64,000 bases of DNA, taken from Candidatus Omnitrophota bacterium. GTDB lineage: Bacteria > Omnitrophota > Gorgyraeia > Gygaellales > JAQTUX01. Under the pieces are notes generated by a model that saw nothing but the letters and a program-made list of their open reading frames with translations, was not told the DNA's origin and made no database searches. This document shows, in pieces, positions 29,469-38,468 of this stretch (its first letter is position 1; each line of letters begins with the position of its first letter). The translations under genes and the position numbers were made by a program. The stretch is from positions 977,493 through 1,041,492 of the forward strand of contig JAQTUX010000001.1 in NCBI GenBank assembly GCA_028707125.1, in the 5' to 3' direction.

Positions 29469-30421
29469 AGCTGGTCAAGGAAAAATGGGCGTCCGCGATC
29501 AACGTGGTGCAGATAGGCGCCGCGAAAGAAGACGGCGGTACGCGTACGCATACTGTGAAGGCAGGCGGCGAGAGCACTCTTGCCTTCCTGGAGGAAGAGG
29601 GAGGAATTCCCCACAGGCCGCTGATCGCCTATGAGGTATGGGATATAGAACCAGGTGACTGGCCTGACGAACTGAAAAACGCCTATGGCAAGGTTTTAAA
29701 GAGCCCTCTTGATTGGGCGCTTAAATGCGTAAATGAATTCAAGGCAGGCCTGCTTTGCCTGCGCCTGCAGGGCGCGCATCCGGATTCAGGTGACAGGACT
29801 GCCGATGCCTCGGTAAAGTTAGTCAAGGAATTGCTGAAGGCGACAGGGGTCCCTCTTATAATACTGGGCTGCGGCGATGATGCTAAGGATAATCAAGTGC
29901 TTGTGTCCTGCTCTCAGGCAGCCGCCGGAGAAAGATGCCTCATAGGCGACGCTGTCCAGGAGAATTATAAGACGCTTGCCGCGGCGGTGATCGCTGACGG
30001 CCACTCCATTATCGCCGAGTCGCCCATTGATATCAATATCGCCAAACAGCTCAATATCCTCATATCGGACATGGGTGTCGCGCTTGATAAGATCGTGATA
30101 AATCCCACGATAGGGTCTTTGGGTTATGGCCTTGAATACGCCTATTCTATTATGGAAAGGGCGCGTTTGGCCGCTCTCTCGGGAGATAAAATGATGCAGA
30201 TGCCCTTTATATGTTTTGTGGGTTATGAGGCCTGGCGGGCAAAAGAGGCAAAGTCAACCCTCAAGGAAACGCCTGAATGGGGCGATGAAAAAATGCGCGC
30301 TCCTTTATGGGAGGCGTTGACCGCCAGCGCGCTCCTGCAGGCAGGGGCGGATATCCTGGTGATGCGCCACCCTATGTCTATAAAATATATCGAGCAGCAT
30401 ATAGACGAATTAATGAAATGA
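29459..30421 (+). CDS. acsD: Corrinoid iron-sulfur protein small subunit (acetyl-CoA decarbonylase/synthase delta; AcsD/CdhD)
   Basis: 320-aa TIM-barrel protein (…VPLIILGCGDDAKDNQVL...) with the size and placement of AcsD beside acsC/acsE. Confidence 0.75.
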   Translation: MGLELVKEKWASAINVVQIGAAKEDGGTRTHTVKAGGESTLAFLEEEGGIPHRPLIAYEVWDIEPGDWPDELKNAYGKVLKSPLDWALKCVNEFKAGLLCLRLQGAHPDSGDRTADASVKLVKELLKATGVPLIILGCGDDAKDNQVLVSCSQAAAGERCLIGDAVQENYKTLAAAVIADGHSIIAESPIDINIAKQLNILISDMGVALDKIVINPTIGSLGYGLEYAYSIMERARLAALSGDKMMQMPFICFVGYEAWRAKEAKSTLKETPEWGDEKMRAPLWEALTASALLQAGADILVMRHPMSIKYIEQHIDELMK

Positions 30422-30577
30422 TAAACTCTAAACTCGAAACCCTAAACTCTCAACAAACCCAAAACCCAAAACTCCAAACCCAAAACCTCACTATGATGAT
30501 TGATGTTTTGAGTTTGTGGTTTAGAGTTTGTGATTTGTTTAGTGTTTAGAGTTTAGTGTTTAGGGTTTGATTTGAGG
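30422..30577. repeat. Family-B intergenic imperfect palindrome (~155 bp), acsD-acsE gap
   Basis: Left arm of aaac-containing units (aaactctaaactcgaaaccctaaactctcaacaaacccaaaacccaaaactccaaacccaaaacctca) and a right arm that is its approximate reverse complement (tgttttgagtttgtggtttagagtttgtgatttgtttagtgtttagagtttagtgtttagggtttgatttgagg). Confidence 0.8.
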
Positions 30578-30585
30578 ATTAGAAT

Positions 30586-31374
30586 ATGTTTATCATTGGC
30601 GAACTAATTAACGGGATGTACAAGGATATCGGCGCCGCGATCAGGGCCAAGGATAAGTCCGTTATCCAGAAAAAGGCGCTGGCGCAGATAAACGCGGGGG
30701 CTGACGCGCTTGACGTTAATTGCGGCCCGGCTTCCAGCGATCCGGTAAATGATATCAAATGGCTGGTGAACGCCATACAAGAGGTAACCGACAGGGCATT
30801 GTGTATTGATTCAAGCAAGCCCGAAGTCGTAAAGTCCGGTTTAGAGGCAGCCAAAAACAGCGCTATCATTAACTCAACTACTGCCGATGAAGAAAAGCTT
30901 GGCGTCCTGGTCCCGTTGGCTAAACAATATAAGGCCAAACTGATCGGCCTGACCATCAGTAAAAAGGGCATACCGCAGAATAAAGACCAGCGGTTAGAGT
31001 TGGCCGCGGCCATACTCGCCGCGGCGCAGGAAGGCGGCCTGAATACGGAAGATGTGTTCCTCGATCCCATAGTAATACCGGTAAATGTGGCTCAAGCGCA
31101 AATGAAAGATATCCTTGAGGCGGTAAGGGAGTTTAAGATAATCTCCGACCCGCCGGCAAAGACAGTAGTCGGCTTAAGCAATGTTTCGCAGGGTACTTGT
31201 CAACGCAACATCATAAACAGGGTTTTCCTGGTTATGGCTGTTGCCTGCGGTTTGGACGCGGCAATACTTGACCCCCTGGATAAAGACCTGGTTGACGCCG
31301 CGATCACCTCAGATTTGATCCTGAATAAGCAGATATACTGCGATTCGTTCCTTGAAGCGTATAGAAAAAAATGA
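30586..31374 (+). CDS. acsE: Methyltetrahydrofolate:corrinoid/iron-sulfur protein methyltransferase (MeTr, AcsE)
   Basis: MFIIGELINGMYKDIGAAIRAKD...DVNCGPASSD...INSTTADEEK...GLSNVSQGTCQRNIINRVFLVMAVACGLDAAILDP...IYCDSF aligns closely along its length with Moorella AcsE (262 aa). Confidence 0.85.
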   Translation: MFIIGELINGMYKDIGAAIRAKDKSVIQKKALAQINAGADALDVNCGPASSDPVNDIKWLVNAIQEVTDRALCIDSSKPEVVKSGLEAAKNSAIINSTTADEEKLGVLVPLAKQYKAKLIGLTISKKGIPQNKDQRLELAAAILAAAQEGGLNTEDVFLDPIVIPVNVAQAQMKDILEAVREFKIISDPPAKTVVGLSNVSQGTCQRNIINRVFLVMAVACGLDAAILDPLDKDLVDAAITSDLILNKQIYCDSFLEAYRKK

Positions 31375-31451
31375 GGCGAGGTAGCTCAGTTGGTTAGAGC
31401 ATGCGGCTCATACCCGCAGTGTCGGCGGTTCGAATCCGCCCCTCGCTACCA
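31375..31451 (+). tRNA. tRNA-Met (anticodon CAU), elongator type
   Basis: GGCGAGG..GCTCAGTTGGTTAGAGC..TGCGG CTCATAC CCGCA..GGTTCGAATCC..CCTCGCT A, with an encoded CCA. It starts one base after the acsE stop. Confidence 0.8.
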
Positions 31452-31455
31452 TTAT

Positions 31456-32451
31456 TTGAAAGTGTCCATCCAAAATAAATTCAAACACACAATAACCCAA
31501 CACAATCTCATCTCTAACCACGACCGTATCCTCATCGGCGTATCAGGCGGGCCTGATTCTGTAGCGTTGTTATGCCTGCTTAATTCAATAAAGAAAGAAT
31601 TCAAACTTGACCTCGTGATAGGCCATCTGGACCACGGGCTGCGCAGAGAATCGGTTAAAGATATGGACTTTGTTTTGGGGCTGGGCAGAAAGCTCAAAAT
31701 TCCCGTGGTGTGTGAAAGGATCAAACTTAGCTCAGAAGGAAAGGGCTCTTTGGAGGAGACTGCCAGGTTCGCAAGGCTGGATTTTTTCCGTCGGGTTTGC
31801 AAAGAATTTAACCTGAACAAGGTTGCACTGGGCCACAATATGGACGACCAGGCAGAGACAGTGCTTATGCGCGTCTTAAGGGGGACCGGTTTGTTCGGGC
31901 TTGCCGCTATTAAACCCGGGAGGCGCATAGGGGCATTAGAAGTGATCAGGCCGCTTCTTGATATTGAAAGAAAGGGCATAGAAAAATACCTTAAAGAGAA
32001 ACGCGTCACGCCTGTTATTGACAGGACGAATACCCGGGACATATTCTTTAGAAATAAGATACGCAACCGCCTGCTTCCCGAATTAACAAAATATAACCCC
32101 AACATAAAACAAATCCTTGCCAATACTGCCAGGCAGTCAGGAGACGACTATGATTTTTTGCTTAATGCCGCCAGGAAGGCGCTGAGGTCGGTCAAGGCCT
32201 CTGCCTCAAAGACAAGAGTAAGATTAGAATTAAGGCGTTTAACCAGATGCCATCCCGCGATGTTCAGGATGGTCTTACGCTTCGCTTATCAGCATATAAA
32301 AGGCGATTTGAGGCGCCTGACCTTCCGCCACCTTGAAGAATTGGAGGCGCTTGTATTCACGAGGCCGCTTCGTTCGGTAGTAAACCTGCCCCGGAACATC
32401 GCTGCCAGGAAAGAGAAAAGATTCCTATCCATTTATTCCTCAAAAGGATAG
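31456..32451 (+). CDS. tilS: tRNA(Ile)-lysidine synthetase TilS (short form)
   Basis: PP-loop ILIGVSGGPDSVALL, HLDHGLR, ALGHNMDDQAETVLMR. The start is assigned to the TTG at 31456 just after the tRNA; the longer listed ORF start overlaps the tRNA and is unlikely. Confidence 0.75.
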   Translation: MKVSIQNKFKHTITQHNLISNHDRILIGVSGGPDSVALLCLLNSIKKEFKLDLVIGHLDHGLRRESVKDMDFVLGLGRKLKIPVVCERIKLSSEGKGSLEETARFARLDFFRRVCKEFNLNKVALGHNMDDQAETVLMRVLRGTGLFGLAAIKPGRRIGALEVIRPLLDIERKGIEKYLKEKRVTPVIDRTNTRDIFFRNKIRNRLLPELTKYNPNIKQILANTARQSGDDYDFLLNAARKALRSVKASASKTRVRLELRRLTRCHPAMFRMVLRFAYQHIKGDLRRLTFRHLEELEALVFTRPLRSVVNLPRNIAARKEKRFLSIYSSKG

Positions 32452-32460
32452 GAAAAAACC

Positions 32461-32505
32461 TTGCTAAAATAAACGGCGCGTTATATAATAGATACCTTAT
32501 ATAAT
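32461..32505 (+). promoter_or_regulatory. Candidate promoter for ftsH
   Basis: TTGCTA, a 17-nt spacer, then TATAAT (32484-89), followed by a second TTATATAAT copy at 32497-32505. Confidence 0.4.
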
Positions 32506-32539
32506 GGTTCGCGGGCGATAACTCATAAAGGAGCGATAA

Positions 32540-34429
32540 ATGCAGCAGAAACAGCAGAAAAACAGGAAGATCCAGCCGAAGAAGTTTAACCGGCCGGCTA
32601 TGATATGGCTTATTCTTGTATTGGGTATATTTTATCTTTTCAGCATAGCCAATGTATCGCTTACCGGCATACCAAAAGAGCTTCAATACGGGCAATTCTA
32701 CCATATCCTGAAAGATAATCCGCAGACCAGCACCATAAAGTCGGTTATCAAGACCGGCAGTATCCTGCAGGGCGAGTTCAGCGACGGAAATAAGTTTTTC
32801 GTTAACGTGCCTGATGAGGACGAGGACCTGCTTTCCCTTCTGAAGAATAACGTGGCCGAGTTTGATATCAAGCCGCCGAAGACCCTGCTTGCCAGTTTAT
32901 TTTTCTCTTTCGGCCCGGTAATAGTGATCCTTATAATCTGGTGGCTTATGGCCGCGAAGGGAGAGCAGTTAGGCAACAGGGTAATGTCATTCGGCAAGAT
33001 CCGGCCGAGGATCCACAGCGAAAAAGACGCGCAGGTAACTTTCAATGACGTTGCCGGAGTGGATGAAGCGAAGGAGGAGTTAAAAGAGGTCATAGAATTC
33101 CTTAAGGACCCCAAAAGATTTCAAAGATTGGGCGGCAAGATCCCGAAAGGCGTCCTGCTTGTCGGCCCTCCGGGCTGCGGCAAGACATTAGTCGCCAGGG
33201 CTGTTGCCGGTGAGGCGGGCGTCCCTTTCTTTTCCATCAGCGGATCTGATTTCGTGGAGATGTTTGTAGGCGTAGGCGCCTCAAGGGTGCGCGACTTGTT
33301 TGACCAGGGCAGGCGCGCGGCAAAAGTTTCGGGCAAAGGCGCCATCATATTCATTGATGAAATTGACGCTGTGGGCCGCTTAAGGTTTTCCGGCATAGGG
33401 GGAGGCCACGACGAAAGGGAACAGACATTGAACCAGCTTTTGGTTGAGATGGACGGGTTTGATACTACCTATGGCCTTATACTCATAGCCGCCACCAACA
33501 GGCCTGATACGCTTGATCCCGCTTTACTTCGTCCGGGAAGGTTTGACAGGCGTATAGTCATAAGCTTTCCCGATATCGGGGGCAGGGAGGCGATATTAAA
33601 AATTCACACTAGAAAGATAAAACTGGCTGACAAGGTTGATTTAAGATCCATAGCCAGCCAGACGCCGGGTTTTTCAGGGGCAGACCTGGCAAACCTGTGC
33701 AATGAGGCGGCGCTGCTCGCGGCGCGGCACGACAAAGAATCTGTGGGTATGTCAGAACTTGAACATTCAATTGAACGCGTGCTTATGGGGCCCGAGAAGA
33801 GAAGCCACGTTATGTCCAGGCGCGAAAAGGAGATCACGGCATACCACGAATCAGGCCACGCGCTGCTTTCTTTGTTAATGCCCGACGTAGACGTGGTGAA
33901 GAAGGTCTCGATCATACCCAGAGGCATGGCAGGCGGCTATACCTTTACGCCTCCGTTAGAAGATAAGCATTATCATACCAGAAAAGAATTGCTCGGCAGG
34001 ATATCGGTGATGTTGGGAGGCAGGGCTTCGGAAGAGATCATACTGCAGGATTTTACCACAGGGGCCCAGAACGACCTGGAGGGCGCGACGCATATGGCAA
34101 GGCGTATGGTGACCGAATTCGGCATGTCGGAAAAGTTAGGCCACATTACGCTGGGAAAAAGAGAAGGGTTGATATTCCTCGGCAAGGATATAGTGGAAGA
34201 GAGGAACTACAGCGATGAGACGGCGCACCTTATAGATGAAGAAGTGAAAAAGATAGTGGACGGCTGCTATGCCGCTTCCAGGAAGATGCTTAAGGAGAAC
34301 GAGGACAAACTGCGGATGCTTTCGGCGCGGCTGCTGGAAAAAGAGATCCTTGATGGAGAAGAGGTAAAGGCGCTTCTTGGCTTATCGGGGGCGAAGGATG
34401 GATCACAGGATAAAGTCCGGGACGCATAA
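32540..34429 (+). CDS. ftsH: ATP-dependent zinc metalloprotease FtsH
   Basis: Two N-terminal TM segments, AAA+ motifs ([14 protein letters not shown]), HEAGH zinc site, 629 aa. Confidence 0.95.
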   Translation: MQQKQQKNRKIQPKKFNRPAMIWLILVLGIFYLFSIANVSLTGIPKELQYGQFYHILKDNPQTSTIKSVIKTGSILQGEFSDGNKFFVNVPDEDEDLLSLLKNNVAEFDIKPPKTLLASLFFSFGPVIVILIIWWLMAAKGEQLGNRVMSFGKIRPRIHSEKDAQVTFNDVAGVDEAKEELKEVIEFLKDPKRFQRLGGKIPKGVLLVGPPGCGKTLVARAVAGEAGVPFFSISGSDFVEMFVGVGASRVRDLFDQGRRAAKVSGKGAIIFIDEIDAVGRLRFSGIGGGHDEREQTLNQLLVEMDGFDTTYGLILIAATNRPDTLDPALLRPGRFDRRIVISFPDIGGREAILKIHTRKIKLADKVDLRSIASQTPGFSGADLANLCNEAALLAARHDKESVGMSELEHSIERVLMGPEKRSHVMSRREKEITAYHESGHALLSLLMPDVDVVKKVSIIPRGMAGGYTFTPPLEDKHYHTRKELLGRISVMLGGRASEEIILQDFTTGAQNDLEGATHMARRMVTEFGMSEKLGHITLGKREGLIFLGKDIVEERNYSDETAHLIDEEVKKIVDGCYAASRKMLKENEDKLRMLSARLLEKEILDGEEVKALLGLSGAKDGSQDKVRDA

Positions 34430-34439
34430 TATCAGGGTT

Positions 34440-35633
34440 ATGCCGGAAACGGATGTATGCCTGGCAGAACGCCTGATGAAGGAAGCAGGCGTTGACGGCT
34501 ACGGCATAGGCATCATGGCCCCCAAGGCCGTATCGCTTTTAATTAAGATAAAAGGCCTCTCCAACATATCGGCCAATATTTTAAAACAGGAATTGCTTTC
34601 GTTGGGAGCGGACGCGGCTATCTCCAGAGGCTCGCTTACCGGAAAGGTAAAGAAAACCGATTGTCTTGTTATGGGCAATCTTGCCCAGTACCAGCGCCTC
34701 CGCGGTAAACTGGAGCGCCAGCCCTTCGGATTGGGGTTATTGGCTGAAGAGGTCAACAGGGCGATAATCAATTTCCAGAAGGAAGATTTCATTCTCTCTG
34801 CCGGAAGTTTCAGGATAAAACTGGGCAGGAAAACCGGGATCGCCGCCATAATCAATATTACGCCCGACTCATTCAGCAACGACGGTATATATCGCGGCTC
34901 TATCGCGGATGTCAAGGCGCGCGCCTTAACGCTGGCAGAACGGGCCATACAGGACGGCGCTGATATAATTGATATAGGGGGCGAATCAAGCAGGCCCGGC
35001 GCCGCTAAAATTACGATAAGGGAAGAACTTAAAAGGGTGATACCGGTGATCAGATTCCTGGCGAAAAAGATAAACAAGCCGGTTTCCATAGATACTTATA
35101 AACCGGAAGTGGCGGACGCGGCCGTTGATTGCGGCGCTTCTATAATAAATGACATTACCGCCTTATCCAATATAAAGATGCGCCGGATCGCGGCGCGCGC
35201 GAAAGCGGCGGTTGTGCTCATGCATATGAAGGGCACGCCCCGCACTATGCAGAAGAACCCCGCGTACAGCTCGATCATTGATGAGATATTGGATTTTCTT
35301 AAGGCAGCGGCAGCGAAAGCGGAAGAAGCAGGCGTAAAAAGAGAAAGCATTGTCGTTGACCCGGGTATCGGTTTCGGAAAGACAGCGCGGCATAACCTTG
35401 AAATTATCAGGCATCTCAAGGAATTCAGAGGCCTGGGCTTGCCTATAATGGCAGGCATATCCAGAAAGTCATTTATAGGGCATGTCCTGGGCCTGCCCGT
35501 GAATGAAAGGTCGCTGGGCACGGCCTCTGCCGCGGCCGCCTGCATATTAAACGGCGCTTCAATAATCAGGGTCCATGACGCAGGCCAGGCCCGGCAGGTC
35601 AGGGACATGGTTGACGCGGTAAGAGGGGCGTGA
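34440..35633 (+). CDS. folP: Dihydropteroate synthase with an ~130-aa N-terminal extension of unknown function
   Basis: The C-terminal 270 aa are pterin-binding DHPS (AIINITPDSFSNDG...DIIDIGGESSRPGA...). The N-terminal part (MPETDVCLAERLMKEAGVDGYGIGIMAP...) matches no family I recognise. The start could instead be ATG 34398. Confidence 0.7.
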   Translation: MPETDVCLAERLMKEAGVDGYGIGIMAPKAVSLLIKIKGLSNISANILKQELLSLGADAAISRGSLTGKVKKTDCLVMGNLAQYQRLRGKLERQPFGLGLLAEEVNRAIINFQKEDFILSAGSFRIKLGRKTGIAAIINITPDSFSNDGIYRGSIADVKARALTLAERAIQDGADIIDIGGESSRPGAAKITIREELKRVIPVIRFLAKKINKPVSIDTYKPEVADAAVDCGASIINDITALSNIKMRRIAARAKAAVVLMHMKGTPRTMQKNPAYSSIIDEILDFLKAAAAKAEEAGVKRESIVVDPGIGFGKTARHNLEIIRHLKEFRGLGLPIMAGISRKSFIGHVLGLPVNERSLGTASAAAACILNGASIIRVHDAGQARQVRDMVDAVRGA

Positions 35634-35636
35634 GAT

Positions 35637-36401
35637 ATGAGTGAGATTTTATGGTTATGGAAGCCCCTTATCGAGATCGCGGTATTATGGTTCGTGATCT
35701 ACCATATAATGCTTTTCTTTGAGGGCACAAGGGCGCTGCAGGTGCTTCGCGGCATTGTCATATTGATCGCCAGTTTTTTTATATCACAGCGCCTGGGCCT
35801 GACCACAATAGACTGGCTGCTCGCGAAGTTGTTCGGCATATCCATTATCGCTATCTTTATTATTTTTCAGCCGGAGATAAGGCACGGCCTGGCGCGGCTT
35901 GGCCAGAGGCACCTTTTTGACGTCGTAATGAAGGAGGAAGAGGAGGAGGAGGTGCTGGCTGAGGTTGCCGATGCCGCTACGCTCCTCGCGGAAAAGAAGA
36001 TCGGGGCATTGATCGCCCTGGCCAAGGAAAGCCCTCTGAGGCCTTATATTGAAAGCGGCGTTATATTGGATTCGCGCGTATCATCAGAGTTGCTGCAGGC
36101 AATATTTTCTCCCACGGGCTTGCTTCACGACGGAGGAGTCATTATACAGCAGGGAAGGATAGTCGCAGCCGGCTGCCTTTTCCCCCTGACCGAAAAACCT
36201 GACCTGAGCAGGTCGCTGGGCACCCGCCACAGGGCGGCGCTTGGCCTGTCAGAGGATACCGACGCGGTGGTGATCGTGGTATCGGAAGAGTCGGGCAACA
36301 TAACCATCGCCTATAAAGGCAGATTATTATACTGCAAGGACAGGGACTATCTCCTCTCTGAATTAAAATTCGGTCTTCAAAGGAAAGAGGCGCATGGCTG
36401 A
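35637..36401 (+). CDS. cdaA: Diadenylate cyclase CdaA (c-di-AMP synthase)
   Basis: Three N-terminal TM helices, then a DAC domain with DGGVII (DGA-like) and RHRAALG (RHR) motifs. Confidence 0.85.
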   Translation: MSEILWLWKPLIEIAVLWFVIYHIMLFFEGTRALQVLRGIVILIASFFISQRLGLTTIDWLLAKLFGISIIAIFIIFQPEIRHGLARLGQRHLFDVVMKEEEEEEVLAEVADAATLLAEKKIGALIALAKESPLRPYIESGVILDSRVSSELLQAIFSPTGLLHDGGVIIQQGRIVAAGCLFPLTEKPDLSRSLGTRHRAALGLSEDTDAVVIVVSEESGNITIAYKGRLLYCKDRDYLLSELKFGLQRKEAHG

Positions 36402-36531
36402 TAAGGCGGAATTTAAAGAAAGAATATACGGCTGGTTTACAAACCACCCCTGGCTTAAACTTATCGCTTTGGTCCTGGCAATAATATTGTGGTTTTACGT
36501 GCAGGGCGAGATAAACAAGTTCAATTATTGA
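36394..36531 (+). CDS. 45-aa small membrane ORF resembling the N-terminal anchor of CdaR/YbbR (possible remnant)
   Basis: MADKAEFKERIYGWFTNHPWLKLIALVLAIILWFYVQGEINKFNY; overlaps the cdaA stop and the pdxJ start (TGATG). The position and TM sequence are like the start of the cdaR normally found after cdaA. Confidence 0.35.
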   Translation: MADKAEFKERIYGWFTNHPWLKLIALVLAIILWFYVQGEINKFNY

Positions 36532-37259
36532 TGAAGAGACTGGGTGTAAACATTGACCATATCGCGACCATCAGGAATATAAGAGGCGGCGTGGAGCCCG
36601 AGCCGGCCCTGGCCGCGCTTATCGCGCAGCAGGCAGGCGCGGACAGCATTGTGGCCCACCTCAGGGAAGACAGGCGGCATATCAACGAAAGAGATGTGAA
36701 TATTCTCAAGGATGTTGTTAAGGTAAAATTTAATCTGGAGATGTCTATCGCGCCTGAGATCGTTAAGATCGCCTGTAAATTGAAACCTGGCCAGGCGACA
36801 CTTGTGCCGGAAAAAAGGCGGGAGATAACCACGGAAGGCGGGCTTGACGTTGTAAAACATAAACGGAGGATCTCAAAGGCGCTCAGCCGGCTTTCAAAGG
36901 CAGGCATAGAGGTATCGCTTTTTATAGACCCGGAAAAAATACAGATAAAAGAGGCGGCGGATATCGGAGCGGGCATAGTTGAGCTGCATACGGGAAGATA
37001 TGCCGAGGCGAAAAAAGACAGCGCGCGCGAAAAAGAGCTTTTGAATCTTATCTTTGCCGCTGAGTCCGCGAAGAAATCAGGGCTTAGAGTATGCGCCGGA
37101 CACGGGTTAAATTATTTTAATGTAGGGCCGGTTGCCGGGATCAAAGAGGTGGAAGAATTGAATATCGGTTATTCTATCGTATGCAGGGCAAGCATCGTCG
37201 GTTTTGAAGAGGCGGTTAAGAGCATGAAGAGATTGTGCAAGGGGATTTATGACGCATGA
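36531..37259 (+). CDS. pdxJ: Pyridoxine 5'-phosphate synthase
   Basis: MKRLGVNIDHIATIRNIRGG..EP is the PdxJ TIM barrel. Confidence 0.9.
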   Translation: MKRLGVNIDHIATIRNIRGGVEPEPALAALIAQQAGADSIVAHLREDRRHINERDVNILKDVVKVKFNLEMSIAPEIVKIACKLKPGQATLVPEKRREITTEGGLDVVKHKRRISKALSRLSKAGIEVSLFIDPEKIQIKEAADIGAGIVELHTGRYAEAKKDSAREKELLNLIFAAESAKKSGLRVCAGHGLNYFNVGPVAGIKEVEELNIGYSIVCRASIVGFEEAVKSMKRLCKGIYDA

Positions 37260-37615
37260 TATACGGCAACGGCGTAGATATAATTGAGGTCAACAGGATA
37301 AGACAGGCGGTGGAGAAATGGGGAGAGAGCTTTCTGGGCAAGGTATTCACTCAACAGGAACTGGAGTGCGCGAAAAAGAGGGGCTCGCCCTATGAACATC
37401 TGGCAGGCAGGTTTGCCGCCAAAGAGGCGGTTGCCAAGGCATTTTCCGACAATTCCATTACCTGGCGGGACATTGAGATAATAAACGATGGCAACGGCAA
37501 GCCATCCTGCAACATACTTAACGGCAAGAAAAAATATTTCCAGATACACGTTTCAATTTCTCATATAAAAAAATATGCGGTTGCCAGCGCGGTTGTTACG
37601 AAGGAACCCCAATAG
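37256..37615 (+). CDS. acpS: Holo-[acyl-carrier-protein] synthase
   Basis: MIYGNGVDIIEVNRI...GRFAAKEAVAKA is the AcpS family. Confidence 0.85.
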   Translation: MIYGNGVDIIEVNRIRQAVEKWGESFLGKVFTQQELECAKKRGSPYEHLAGRFAAKEAVAKAFSDNSITWRDIEIINDGNGKPSCNILNGKKKYFQIHVSISHIKKYAVASAVVTKEPQ

Positions 37616-38468
37616 CCATAAAGGCGATTTCGGCCGCGTATTTATTCTCGCGGCATCAAAAGGCATGACCGGAGCCGGTATACTCTGCGCGAAGGCGGCA
37701 ATGCGCGCGGGGGCAGGGCTGGTGACTCTCGGTATACCGAAGACGCAATACCCGATCGTGGCAAAGAGGCTGCTTGAGGCAATGACAGCGCCTCTGGAAG
37801 ATACTGGCGATGGGTGTTTGGCGCTGAAGGCATTAAGCCGCGTAAGGGATTTTTTAAAAAGAACTGATGTGCTGGTAATAGGCCCCGGCCTTTCGCGGCA
37901 TAAACAGACCCAGCAGCTGATACGTAAAGTCATCGCTGAATTTAACGGCAGCATGGTTGTGGATGCCGATGCTATAAATGCTTTGGCAGGGCATCTTGAT
38001 CTATTGTCTGTCCTGAAGAGCCCGCGGTCAGTAATGCTGACGCCTCATCCCGGAGAGTTTTCCCGGCTCGCGCGTATGTCCGCGGCAAAACTGCGGAAAG
38101 ACAGAAAAATATCCGCCCGGTCTTTCGCGAAGAAATATAAGATCGTTCTGGTGCTAAAAGGGCATAACAGCGTGGTCTGCGGCGAAGGCCGCTGCTACAT
38201 AAATAGGACAGGCAACCCGGGGATGGCTACTGCCGGAAGCGGCGATGTGCTTAGCGGTATGGCGGCCGCGTTTCTCGCGCAGGGGCTGGATACGTTTGAG
38301 GCGGCAAAGACAGCCGTGTATCTGCACGGGCTGGCAGGGGATCTGGCAGCCAGGGAGAAAACGCAGATATCCTTGATAGCGTCCGATATTATAGAGAAGA
38401 TCCCGGAAGCGGTTAAACAAAGCGTAAAACGTAAAGCGAAAAGCGCAAAAGTAAAGTGTAAAATTTAA
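37575..38468 (+). CDS. nnrD: ADP-dependent (S)-NAD(P)H-hydrate dehydratase (YjeF C-terminal domain)
   Basis: HKGDFGRVFILAASKGMTGAGILCAKAA...GPGLS...LTPHPGEF...GNPGMATAGSGDVLSG are carbohydrate-kinase-like Nnr2 motifs. The last ~17 aa (KQSVKRKAKSAKVKCKI) are encoded by repeat A2. Confidence 0.8.
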   Translation: MRLPARLLRRNPNSHKGDFGRVFILAASKGMTGAGILCAKAAMRAGAGLVTLGIPKTQYPIVAKRLLEAMTAPLEDTGDGCLALKALSRVRDFLKRTDVLVIGPGLSRHKQTQQLIRKVIAEFNGSMVVDADAINALAGHLDLLSVLKSPRSVMLTPHPGEFSRLARMSAAKLRKDRKISARSFAKKYKIVLVLKGHNSVVCGEGRCYINRTGNPGMATAGSGDVLSGMAAAFLAQGLDTFEAAKTAVYLHGLAGDLAAREKTQISLIASDIIEKIPEAVKQSVKRKAKSAKVKCKI

